Of a stretch of DNA of 64,000 bases, positions 1 through 11,599 are shown one piece after another. Location: the NCBI RefSeq assembly GCF_004010195.1, contig NC_057719.1:76912702-76976701 (forward strand), written 5' to 3'. The notes under the pieces were generated by a model. That model was not told the DNA's origin and ran no database searches. It was given only the letters and a program-made list of their open reading frames with translations. The stretch's first letter is position 1. Every line of letters starts with the position of its first letter. Origin of the DNA: Chiloscyllium plagiosum (lineage: Eukaryota). The translations under genes and the position numbers were made by a program.

Positions 1-490
1 CGGAAAGATGTTGTGAAACTTGAAAGGGTTCAGAAAAGATTTACAAGGATGTTGCCAGGGTTGGAGGATCTGAGCTATAGGGAGAGGCTGAACAGGCTGG
101 GGCTGTTTTCCCTGAGCGTCGGAGGCTGAGGGGTGACCTTATAGATGTTTACAAAATTATGAGGGGCATGGATAGGATAAATAGACAAAGTCTTTTCCTT
201 AGAGTCCAGAACTAGAAGGCTTAGATTTAGAGTGAGAGGGGAAAGATATAAAAGAGACCTAAGGAGCAATTTTTCACACAGAGGGTTTTTCATGTATGGA
301 ATGAGCTGCCAGAGGATGTGGTGGAGGCTGGTACAATTGCAGCATTTAAGAGGCATTTGGATGGGTATATGAATAGGAAGGGTTTGGAGGGATATGGGCT
401 GGGTGCTGGCAGGTGGGATATCTGGTCGGTATGGATGGGTTGGACCAAAGGGTCTGTTTCCGTGCTGTACATCTCTATGACTATGACTCC
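1..490 (+). mobile_element. CR1 LINE 3' fragment
   Basis: Encodes RVQKRFTRMLPGLEDLSYRERLNRLGLFSL...RLRGDL and ends in the tail tctatgactatgact. Confidence 0.9.
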
Positions 491-2166
491 AAGCCAGAGT
501 TTACAAAACAGATTTTTAACATGGCAGGCAAATTGATTGGGCTGTTTCTTTATAAAAATAAATGCTTGATTATTGGCTTTACAAGTAGAGTCAAAGAACA
601 CAAAAGCAAGGGAACTGTGTTAGACCTTTTTGATTCATTAGTTATCCTCAGTTGAAGTACTGAGACACCACTCTTCAGGAAGGATACCAAAGCTTTGTAG
701 TGGGTACAGAGGAAATCATCTTGAATTTCCCATTTATAACTCTCTAACAAAATTTGCTCTTTTAAATCTCTCCATTTGACTTGTGAATTCTTAGTCAGTA
801 TTGGTTATGGCGACTTCATCTATAGGATTTTGGTACAATTACAATTAAAATTAAATTTATTTCATAACTTGTGCTCAATTATGCATATTTCTGAGAATGA
901 TCCTTTATTCTTACACAGTTGAGCATTTAAATTTCCGTTTCCCAAATGGTAGTGACTCCTTTAAATTATTTTGATTGTTTTCTTACTTTCTCATGTTGTA
1001 GTAAATGGGGAATGCCCCATATGAAATAAGTTTTATATGAAAATAAAAAATGGGGTCATTCTCAAGGAGAAAAGGAAGGTTCTGAACAAAACACAAATAC
1101 TTAAGCTGATGGTGGTGAATAAAGATTACTAATAATGACAAATAGGAAGATATTAAGGTAGCTGACATTGAAAAAATCTAAACTGATGAAGCAGTTTTGT
1201 CATCAATAAATGGACTTACATTGGACCCACAGCAACAATGGGATAGAGACGCTGCCAGGTGTATGGTTTTAGTAAACACTGGTAGTTCACAGCATTCCAT
1301 TTTAACAATCTTAGTTTGGATTTCTAACAAGAGTTTTTAGAATCAAGAATGTAAAACATCTTTTGGGCTGTTACCAGCAAGACAGTACAGAAACCAAATA
1401 TAGAAAGGCACAAGTGAATACACATGCATACACATATATTGCATTGGTGAAGTGTGGCTGAGAGTTTAATGTAAGCCTAGAAACATACAGAACTTTGACA
1501 ATGTTAAGATCAATTTTGAGTGTTAACCTAACAGAACATTGCACCATTGAACATGACTTTCATACACATATTTATAACTCACTCTTGGGATGTGGATGTC
1601 ACTGGCTGAGCCAATATTTATTGTCTATCCCTAGTTGCTCTTAAGATAGTGTTGAGCTGTTTCCTTCAAACACAGTTATTGTTATATAATCCCGTATATA
1701 GTGAAACAAAACTGAGTTCCAACATGCACTTTTAAACCATATTGCTTTTTCATTTTTCTTTCTAAAGGGTATCACTTCATACTTTGGCAACTGGCATTAA
1801 ACTTTAAACATTACATGCTTATGAATTTCAACCAAATCCAACTTTATCAAACCACTTCATACACATGCTGTCACCCCCTTCAATGTTACATCAAAGAAGG
1901 GCTAAAGGACTGCAAGAGGTGTATAGATAGGAAAGAGTGTAGCAAGAGGGAGTTGAACATAATGAGAATTTCAAACTGAGGATTCGGAGCCAATTGAAGT
2001 CAGCTTGTACAGAAGTAACATGTAAATCTGACTTGCCTGTGGATTAGGATATAGGCAGCAGCATTTTGAATGAATTCAAGTTTATATAGTATGGAAGACA
2101 GGAGAGTAGGACAGCAAATAAGAATAGTCAAATGTAGAAGTAACAATGACACAAGTTATGGTTTCA

Positions 2167-2503
2167 ACACCTCATCTTCTGCATGGGCAGCCTTTAGCCT
2201 GGAGGAGTCAACACTGAGTTCTTCAAGTTCAATAACCTCTCTTCCCTTTCCTGAATCACTTCCCAGCCCCTCCCACTCCTCCCACCACGTACCGGATTCA
2301 TTCCTCCCATCGACCAAACAGGTCGTACCCTCTACCTGTCTTCACTTATCTCCACTTCACCACCCTGCCCCCTCCACCCCCTTTATCTGCAGCTCACCTT
2401 ACACCTAGCCCCAGTCCCAAAGAAGGGTTACATCCGAAACATCAACTTCTCCACCTCCTGATGCTGCCTGGCTTGCTGTGTTCTTCCAGCCTCCTGCTTG
2501 TCT
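2167..2503 (+). mobile_element. Penelope-like 3' fragment with degenerate hammerhead motif
   Basis: cacctcatcttc GIY-YIG-end-like sequence, C-rich tract and gaagggttacatccgaaac. Flanked by acaa(g/a)ttatggtttca at 2151-2166 and 2504-2519. Confidence 0.75.
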
Positions 2504-2870
2504 ACAAATTATGGTTTCAGCAGCAGATGGGTAGAAGTAAAGCTAGAGATCGGTGACATCACTGAAGTGGGCACAGGTGCATTGCAGATGTGGTTATTGG
2601 GTCAGAAGCTCAGCTTTAGACCAATGATGAGGTCAAGGCTGGAAAAGGTCTAGTTCAGCTTTAGACAGTGATCAGAGAGGGGGAGTTGACTAAGTAATGC
2701 AATTTGTAACACAGTATGGGAGACAGTAGCTATTGACTTCCCAATTAAGTGAACACATTAAGAGCCATTTGATACTGGTTTTAGAGAAACAGCATGACAA
2801 ATTATAAGGGGCAAAAAGGGTGAGAGAGGTGGGAATAATTTATAGTGGATGTCATTGTCATACATATGGA

Positions 2871-3608
2871 GAAAGTGAGGACTGCAGGTGCTGGGGATCA
2901 GAATCGACAGTGTGGTGCTGGTAAAGCACAGGTCAGGCATCATTTGAGGAGCAGGAGAATCAAGATTTCAGACATAAGCCCTTCGTCAGGAATGAGGCTT
3001 GTGGGCCACGGGGCTGAGAGATAAATGGGAGGTAGATGGGGTTGGGGTTGGGGTTGGGGTGGGGGAGGTAGCTGAGAATGCGATAGGTAGATGAAGGTGA
3101 GGGAGAAGATGATAGGTCAGAGAGGAGGGTGGAGTGGATATATGGAATAGGTGATGGACAGGTCAAGAGGACGAGTGGGACATGCAGATCCTGGGCCTCC
3201 CCTCTCGCCAAACCCTTACCACCTGATACCTGGAGGAAGAACGCCTCATTATTCCGCCTTGGGACCCTGCAACCACACGGGATCAATGTGGATTTCACCA
3301 GTTTCCTTATTTCCCTCCCCTACATTATCCCAGTTCCAAGCCTCCAACTCGGCACCGTCCTCTTGACCTTTCCCATCTAGCCGCTCCACTCTCCTCTCTG
3401 ACCTATCACCTTCTCCCCCACCTTCGTGTATCTATTGCATTCTCAGTTACCTTCCCCCAACCCCACCCCCCCCTCCCATTTTCTCTCAGCACACACCCCA
3501 AGGCCCACAAGACTCATTCGTGATGAAGGGCTTATCCCGAAACGTTGATTCTTCTGCTCCTCGGATGCTGCCTGACTGGCTGTGCTTTTCCAGCACCAAA
3601 ATCACAAC
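2871..3608. mobile_element. Penelope-like insertion made of two inverted 3' fragments
   Basis: Minus-strand piece 2871-~3180 and plus-strand piece ~3181-3608, each with a hammerhead-like core. TSD tcat(a/g)catatgga at 2858-2870 and 3609-3621. Confidence 0.85.
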
Positions 3609-4609
3609 TCATGCATATGGAATCTGACATGATTTCGGACAATGTGCCAGGGTACAGTATGAGGATGAGATATGGGAGAGGACCGAGCGTGTACTATTGG
3701 GACATTACAGGTAACAGTGAAGCAATGGAAACAGAAACCATTGCAATTGAATTCTTGGCTTTGATGGATAGATATGAACATTGTTAATCCAGGTGAGAAC
3801 AGTTCCACCCAACTGATAATAAAGGTGATTTAGAATAGGATGTTATGCTTCTTTATATCCACAGTTTGAGAAAAAAGATAGTAAATTTCAGCCACAATTA
3901 TATATCCATGGGGATAGGTGTTTCAGAACAGGTGAACACAAATTTCTCAGGTTGCAACACATTCATTGGAAAGTTGGAGATGGTTTACAAGAACAGGAGT
4001 ATCAACTTAAGATTTTGGAGATCAGCAGATAACCGCAGGTTTGAAAGGGAGATACCATCATAGGAGGGGATTGTTAACAGGAGTAACTATTAATGTGGAT
4101 GGGAAGGAAACGCAAGAAGGAAAATATCCCTTTAAAGCAGGCATGCATTACCGTTGGTGTCCCGTCATTCAACCGTCCTTCTTTCCAATACCAATACGTC
4201 CCCCAGCCAAAAAAATATTAAAGTTTGGCTACAATTCACAAGTTAAATTATGGTGAATTTGCATTTCGGGTGAAGGATACTATATGGGGTTGTAGGTGAG
4301 GTTAGAAATGCTTATCGCCATGCACTTTTGAATGAAAAATGCTCAAACGCTCGCTTCAAATGACACCAGCGCCCTGATCACTGGTGCGTTTCATCACCCT
4401 TCTCCACTTCCTACATTACTGTCTGCATTTGCTCTGTTCCTTCGTGTGCAGAGTGCTTTGTTTTGAAAACAAAAATGAGAAATTCATTTGCAAACCAACG
4501 ATGGATCTCGGGGAGGGGGAGGGCATGGGTGAGCTTCATACAGAAAGGTGCCCGGGGGACAGTGTATCTGGCGGGTGGGGGAGATGAGGCAGAAAAGGCA
4601 GCCCTTTAC

Positions 4610-4912
4610 CTTGGAGAGCACCTCCACCACGTCCCCCTTGCGCAGGTTGAGCTCGTCCTCTGCGCTCGCCTCGTAATCGAAGACGGCGGTCCAGAACAGG
4701 TTAGAGGGGGCTGGATGCTGTGGCTGGGGAGGAGGAGGAGGCTGCTCCTCTTCATCTTCCTCCTCATCCTCCTCCTCCTCTTCTTCCTCCTCCTCCTCCT
4801 CCTCTTCCACCGGCTGCTGCTGCACCGCCCTGTCCCTCTCTTCAGCCTCTTCCTTCCCGGTGGCGGAGGAGGAGCAGGGAGACCTGATGAACATGGACCG
4901 GAGCTGCTCCAT
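4610..4912 (-). CDS. MAP3K9: First coding exon of a mixed-lineage kinase (MAP3K9/MLK1-like): acidic tract, Pro-rich linker and N-terminal half of the SH3 domain
   Basis: ATG at 4912 (cccATGG) opens 101 codons: MEQLRSMF...E/D x21...PPPPPQPQ...LFWTAVFDYEASAEDELNLRKGDVVEVLSK, matching the MLK SH3 motif WTAVF(D/E)YEA...DEL.LR.GDVVEVLSK. It ends at the donor AAG|GTAAAG (phase 0). The paralogue call rests on the N-terminal Glu run and the head-to-head linkage to a PCNX1-type exon. Confidence 0.85.
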
Positions 4913-5640
4913 GGGAGAGGGTGAGAGAGAGAGAGAGAGACAGAGAAAGAGATACAGCGAGCAGCCGGTGCCGCCACTCCTCCTCCGCTCGGCTGTGCAC
5001 GCCCGCCCTCCTTCCCTTCCCCCACACTTTGCTCCAGCCCCCACCTGCGGCTCAGTCTAACCTGAGGATGGAGGGAGGGATGCAGGAAAGGGGCAGGGCA
5101 TGAAGCCGTCTCCCCGCCCCCCCCACGCTCACTCCGATTGGTCAGGCGCTCCTGCCACTCCAAGCCTCCCTGGCTCTGATTGGCCACGCTCCGCCGCCCA
5201 TCACGCGGACTCCCCGGGGATCCGCTCGCAGCAGCAGCAGCAGCGGAGGGCGGCGCGAGCTGAGCGCTGCATCCTTCCTTCGGTCCCTAGCATTTTTTTC
5301 TTTGGGCAGGTTTGGGTCGGGGGAGCCGGGAGGTTTGTAAAGGAAAATGCTCTCCTCCCCCCCCCCCCCTCCCATTTCCAGCCGCTAGGTTTAATTTGCT
5401 GGCCTTTGCAACACAGGATGCTGGTTGCAACTGCTGTCAGCGATTCTCACTCTCCAGCGACGTGGGAATTGCGGTGCTGGCTCAGGGTTGGAAGTCTTCA
5501 GATGAATGCACTGCCAGGACTGTGCTTTCACTTGCGTTCACTCTTTTAGGACGGTCGGGCACCATGCTGTGCGCCTTGCTGCTCCTGCCCTTAGTGGGAC
5601 GGCATCACGAACGGTTGTCCGCATTCCGCCAATATTTATA
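4913..5640 (-). promoter_or_regulatory. CpG-rich promoter/5'UTR region of MAP3K9 with GC box and two CCAAT boxes
   Basis: Strong GC/CpG enrichment against an AT-rich background. CCCCGCCCCC at ~5112-5121. ATTGG at 5137-5141 and 5179-5183 (CCAAT on the gene's strand). (GCA)5 at ~5228-5242. Confidence 0.75.
4922..4952. repeat. (GA)n/(CT)n microsatellite just upstream of the MAP3K9 start codon
   Basis: gagagagagagagagagacagagaaagaga about 10 nt from the ATG. Confidence 0.9.
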
Positions 5641-6294
5641 TGGTTGACCCTAGCTGAAGCCTGGGCCTGATCTGCTGAAATTGTAGCCATGCTTCGGAAA
5701 ACTTCTACATTAGAAATAATCTGAAGATGGGTCTTGAAGATTCCAAGTTCTGAGGCCCTGGTTATTTCCCTTGGTAGATTGTTCCATTGTGGGATTGTTC
5801 CCTTGGGACAAAAGCCACTCTTCAGTCCAATCAAACCAGAATGGAAACAAATTCAGTGCTTATGATTCTTCCTAGGCCCTTCGGACTTTGCATTTGAGTT
5901 TATTAATGTTCGGGTAACTTCAACCATTTGTACAGCCAAATAATAAATGTGTACAGTGCAAAGAATTGAATGGCAAAGCCCCATGACTTGATGGTGTGCA
6001 TCAGAGTATCTTAAATTAAGTGGCTGCAGACATGTAGTTGTTTGGTTGTCAACCTTCCAGAATTCCCTAGGTTTTGAAAAGGCCCCAATATATTAGAAAA
6101 AACACATGTTACATCCCTATTCAAAAATAAGGAGACAGAAATTATTGGCCAGTGGGTCTGACATCTGTCACTGAAAATGTTTGAATTCATTATTAACAAT
6201 GTGGTAGCAAGCAATTTTAACAAAAGAAACAGAGCCAATTTAGTTTTATGGAAGGAAAATCATATTTCTCAAACTTATTATAAGTTGTTTTATT

Positions 6295-6655
6295 CATTTA
6301 TGGTATGTGAGCCACTTGCAAGGCTAGCATTTATTCGCTGTGCCTAATTGCCCTGGAACGGAGTGGCTTGTTAGGTCATTTCAGAGTGCATTTACGAACC
6401 CACCACATTGCTGCAGGTCTGACGTCACATATAAACCAGACCAGTTAAGTACAGAAAGTTTCTTTATATGAAGGACACTCGTGAACCAAATGTGTGTGTG
6501 TTTTTTCACAACAATTATTACATGATCATTGTTAAATGAGCTTTTAATTCCAGATTCTTTTAGGGATTTCAAATTTTACCAATTGCCATGGTGGGATTCA
6601 TCCCAGATTCTGGATTACTAATAAAAAAAAATATCAGTATACCACTGCCATTCCT
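6295..6655 (-). mobile_element. ~350-bp tRNA-headed SINE sharing both ends with the LINE at 11600-14640
   Basis: Body aligns by eye with 14325-14640. The last ~60 nt match the LINE tails at 1585, 21195 and 22440. Confidence 0.75.
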
Positions 6656-8014
6656 GTGGATGTAACAAGCAGGATGATAAAGGTGAACTGTATATACTGT
6701 ATTTTGAATCCAAAAGCTTTTGATAACGTGCCACATAAAAGATAAGAATTCAAAGTATTTGGTGTACAGGGAAATCACAAAGAGTCAAACTCAGATGACA
6801 CAAAATTCTAGTTGTTTAACTGCTGTTGACCATTACCACCAGTAAAATGGCAAATCCAATGAGAATAATATTCTAAACTGGAATTCTACACTGGTTGCTT
6901 CAGATTATCTAAACTTGACTTGCCCTTTGACCATGCCAATCAATCAGAGTAAAGTTAGAGCTCACAAGAGAATGAAAGCATGGACACAAGGTCACATGGA
7001 TATCAAGATTTTCCTGTGAAGGGATGGACAAAGGATTCCAGTTGGTTAAGCATTTCATAAAATTAAAAATCTTGCCAACTGGAGAGAAAGTGAAATGAAT
7101 ACAGCAAGTGGAAAACCATACCATGGAAAGTGGACATTGCAAAGGAGTAGGTGATCCCACCATCAAGTTTATCCACTATTATGGAAAACATTTTGGAACA
7201 GGCAGATATTCCTTCCAGCAAGGAAGAGAATGAGATCTGTTGCCTATTCTGAAACTGAAGAATCTGAGCAGAGAACATTCTCATCTTCAGTCCGATTCTG
7301 CAGGAAAGTGGAGTCATCCTGACAAAGAGGTTGACCACAAGGAGTCACCCGTAGCAATGAGTGGCTGGACAGAATTCAGACAAGGCACATCGAAATGGTG
7401 AGGCTGGGGCGGTACAGCAGAAATGTAAGATGATTGGCTCCAAAATGGCTCTCACATTTTGAGTGGATGTGCACCACACCCCTTAATATGACTTTTTTTT
7501 AACAGGGATGAATCCAGATTGTTTTACTGTTTTGCCAGTTCTCTTTGATGTTTAAAGGTAAAAGGTGAATGATGAAAAAGGTGTAGAAAGTGGTGATGGA
7601 AGCCACAATCATCAACTGGGTTCAAACAGGTGACAGCCACACAACCACAATGTCGAGGAGCACAATGGAGTAAACCTGTTGGCAAGGGTCCTTTCACTCA
7701 GCTGCAGGAGACCGGAAAGGAAATTCCAACAGGAACAACCATGGAAACTGGCAATATGGTGCACAGCAATGTGCACTGCACAATGGAACTGCCAGTTGAG
7801 ACAATCATAGGTTCAGTATGTTCATCAACCAAGGAGGCCAATGTCCTGAAGAATCCAATGAATGCCAGCGTGTTTTCCCAACTGTATCCCTTTCCAACAC
7901 CATAAATGGCTTAGGCATCTTCTAAGATTTTGCATTGCAACATGGAAGCATAACAACTGTTTGACTGCATGTAAAATGGGTAAATTTGCCATCATCTTAC
8001 TGGACCACAAGGCT

Positions 8015-8152
8015 GGAGAGAGATGACTGTTAGAGGTTGAGTAGGAGAATTCATCACAGTAACCTCAGGCAGTGTGTGGGAATTGAACCCACACTGTTGG
8101 TGCCACTCTGCATTTGCAAACCAGCTGTTCAGCCAAGTGAACTAACTGACCC
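8015..8152 (-). mobile_element. tRNA-derived SINE fragment (same family as 30840-31040)
   Basis: Minus strand reads gttagttcacttggctg...gggttcaattccc...ctgaggttac. Confidence 0.6.
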
Positions 8153-8584
8153 CTTGACTGCATGACAGCACAGTGGACTGTCTCGCACTTGTCTGAAAAC
8201 AGTATACATGAGAAAAATATTACAGTGTTTTACCAGAGCTAGCTCCTTGGCCTTTTTCCACGCAAATTCCTTGGTTTTTGCAAGGTCAGACCATTGTAAC
8301 AAATTGAATAAAGACTATTTCATACATTTACTGCTTTACTGTGTCTCGTTTTGCGATTGAATCTGTTGTTTTTGTTATAGATCATGTTTCGAAGCATTTT
8401 GGGTTACCTAGAGACACATTCCTGTGGGAACTGGGCGTTCTTGACTATCACATGCTCCTCTGAACACAATTTGAAAGTGGTTTCCCTGGGATTCAACATA
8501 TCAAGATTTTTCTGTTTTATAATGGCATAGTTTGAGGATTGTCTCAGCTGTGACTCATTTGGGAGCCCACTTGTTTCTGTGTTA

Positions 8585-8870
8585 CAAATCAAGTCCCACT
8601 CTCAGGGTTGAGCATAAAAATCAAGTCTGTCACTCCTGTACATTATTGAGTGGCTCACTGTTGAAGATGTAGTCCTTCAGATGAGGTGAAAACAGATGCC
8701 TTATCTGCCTTGTCCAGTGGATGTTAAAGATCACATTGCATTATTTAAAAGAAGACCAGGGATGTTATCACTAATGGACTGCACAATACATATCTCTCAA
8801 TAAACAGCATAAACAGGTCATCTGATCATTATCACATTACTGTTCCAGACATTTGCTGAGTGCAAGCATC
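8585..8870 (+). mobile_element. Deu-domain SINE (SacSINE1/AmnSINE1-like), decayed
   Basis: ggatgttaaagatcacattgcattatttaaaagaagaccaggg...atctgatcattatcacattactgtt resembles the Deu core. Confidence 0.6.
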
Positions 8871-9269
8871 AGAAATTTCTGATTTGAATCATTTTGTTTA
8901 TCACTATGTCCTGGCACTGGAAATGTTAAATACCTTTGGCTGTTTTTCAAAAACTTAATGATATCCTTCCCGTTCAAAGTTCAATTGATCTTTCTGTAAC
9001 TAGAAGAAAAAAGATAAGTTCGTATGAGTTAGGTACATTAACAGAATTACCTTTTAGATCTAGGGTCTTGTGAGGTATTTTTCTTTGTTTATTTTGGATT
9101 TCTAGTATGTCATCTTAATTTTACCAGAGCTAACCTCAGAGTTTAGCTCCTTTTCCATGTCCCTGCTATAGCTTGGGCTGAGATCCAACTGGGTATCTTG
9201 CTGCTCTGGGCTGTTCCTAACTGGATGAAATAAATTGTGCTTTGTTTCTGTACATGTAAGAACATAATA

Positions 9270-9625
9270 ACATGGGATATAGAAGCAATAAATATGGCCT
9301 TTTGAGCCTGCTGTGCTATTTAAAAAGATCATGGCTGACTTGATTTTTGCATCAACTCCCCTTTTCTGCATATTCACCATAACTTTTGACTCCCTAATAT
9401 TTGAAAATATTTTGTATCTCAACCTTGAGTATATGCAATGACTCATCCTCCAGCATTCTCTAGTGTAGAGAATTCCAAAGATTCAAAAACCTCTGAACAA
9501 AGAAAATCCTGCTCATGTTTTACTTAAATGGACAACTCCTTATTTCAAAACTGTGACCCTTAGTTCTAAATGGTATTCTGGGGAAAAACATCCTGTCAGC
9601 ATCTATTCTATCAAACCCAATCAAA
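9270..9625 (-). mobile_element. CR1 3' fragment, decayed
   Basis: 3'UTR hairpin region and RTKGHSF.IR-like coding remnant. Confidence 0.7.
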
Positions 9626-10739
9626 ATATCATATACCCCGTCCTTCTCAAGAGCAACTAGGGACAAGCAATGAATACTGGCCAGCCAGTGACACACACAT
9701 CCCATGGGTAAACAAATAAAGACTACTTTTGAGGGCTCAATTTATGGATTGTCAATTTGTTCCAACATGCACAGATTTGTGAAGATCATAATGTTGCATG
9801 ACACACGTATTCATTTGACACTTTATGTTGACTTCATGTTCTTCTCTGTAGTCATCATTCCAACAGTCACAAACTGTTTATCACCTATCAACCTGACTGC
9901 ACCACACAAAAGATTGATTCAGGTTGATTCATTGGAATTTTTAACTCCTATCTCTCCAGTTGATATCTGAACCTGCTTGTTATGCTCTTTTTTTGCAAAC
10001 ACTTGTTTGTAAAATGATTCAACTTCTTGCAGTGAGAACATTTCCTGCTACACAGTGAACAAGCCTTTTTTCTTTGCCTGATGTCCTCTCATCCTGCCTT
10101 TTGTCCATAATGTAATTGTCCTTTTGGCCTGGAAAGTCCATCAGTATGTTGCAAGACAAGGTCTTTTCAGCCATGAATATTCTCTTATTGCTGATTTACA
10201 ACATCAGTGCTCCTGTACATGTCAATCATTTTCTTTAGACTAAGTTTTTCCTCTCAGTAGATGTGCTCTCACTGTGGGTTCTCTTATGTCCAAACCCATC
10301 CAGTCTTTAATAAGATGACCTTCTGATTGTCTAGGTTTTTACAAGCAGTGTTAATGCAGACACATAAAGATCAGTAGACTCTTTATTTCCTCTATAGTGT
10401 TATATATTGAACAAAAGCCAATCATAAGTTACATTCACTTGGGCTTCAAAGTACGACTTTAAAGCTTTCTAAATTTCTCTGGTTTGTTTTTTCAATTCTT
10501 CAGGGAGATTTAGTGTACTTTAAAACAGTTTCTTGTCAAAAATCATGCAAATTTAACTACAGGTAGCTGCTCAGCTTCTTAATTAGATTTATTACAATCT
10601 TATGATTTTGCCACTGCTACTTACTCATGCACGCTTATTGACACTGGTGGTGGGTTGTAGTGTGAAGATTCACTTCTGTTTTCTCAAACTGGCCGGAGGA
10701 AATTTAATGATTATTGACAGGATATGAAATGAAGTATCC

Positions 10740-11190
10740 CACAACAGGGTTGGAGGGTTTCAGCTATAGGGAGAGACTGAATAGGCTGGGGCTATTTACC
10801 CTACAGTGTTGGAGGCTGAGTGGTGACTTTATGGAGGTTTATAAAATCATGAGGGGCATGGATAGGGTAATAGAGACAATGTCTTTTCCCCACAATGGGG
10901 GACTTCAAAACAAGAGGGCATAGGTTTGAGGTGAGAAGGGAAAGATTTATAAGTGACTTAAGGGGCAACTTTTTCACACAGAGGGTGGTACGTGTGTGAA
11001 ATAAACTGCCAGAGGAAGTGGTGGAGACAGGTACAATTACATTTAAAAGGCATCTGGATAGGTATTTAGGGTTTAGAGGGATATGGGCCAAATGCTGGCA
11101 AATGGGACTAGATTTATTTAGGATATCTGGTTGGCATGAACGAGTTGGAAGGAAGGGTCTGTTTCCATGCTGTACAGATCTATGACTCTA
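10740..11190 (+). mobile_element. CR1 3' fragment
   Basis: GLEGFSYRERLNRLGLFTL...RLSGD..EVYKIMRGMDRV and tail tctatgactcta. Confidence 0.88.
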
Positions 11191-11599
11191 AGTACCTGTG
11201 TTGAGGCTTCAGCTATTCATTATCTTTATCGTGATAGAAAATTGTCTTTCCAAACTTGCTGGTAATACTGTACACAGTGTACACAAAAATATAAAATTAC
11301 AAAGGCATATTTATTGATTATGTAAGTGGGTATGGCTGTGGCTGATGGATTTCACTGTATGTAAATGTAAAGTCATCCACTTTGGACCTAAAAAGAATAG
11401 AACAGGCTACTTTCTAAATGGTGGGAAGCTAGAAACATTAGGTTTCTGAAGTGACCAATGAGCACAGGTGTATAAAACAATCAAAAAGACTTTGGTCCTT
11501 GTGTCAACAGCATTGGAATGCATACAGTTTGAGATTATGGTTCAGCTGTACAAAGCCTTTGTTAGATCATAAATGGAGTTCTGCACATAATTCTCAACA

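Larger units (their letters stand above)
1900..3900 (-). mobile_element. Decayed L2-like LINE hosting two Penelope-like insertions
   Basis: RT-like remnant (FHMY.DD-like) whose two halves flank 2871-3608. Boundaries are approximate. Confidence 0.5.

Noticed and set aside
5123..5188. ER-stress element look-alikes (CCACG-N9-ATTGG at 5123-5141; ATTGG-CCACG at 5179-5188)
   Set aside because: ERSE needs CCAAT-N9-CCACG in one orientation and ERSE-II needs a 1-nt spacer. Both are near misses in GC-rich DNA.
4463..5647. Several overlapping long ORFs around MAP3K9 exon 1
   Set aside because: Antisense or alternate frames of a GC-rich low-complexity exon and promoter. Only the SH3 frame from ATG 4912 to the donor at 4610 is supported.
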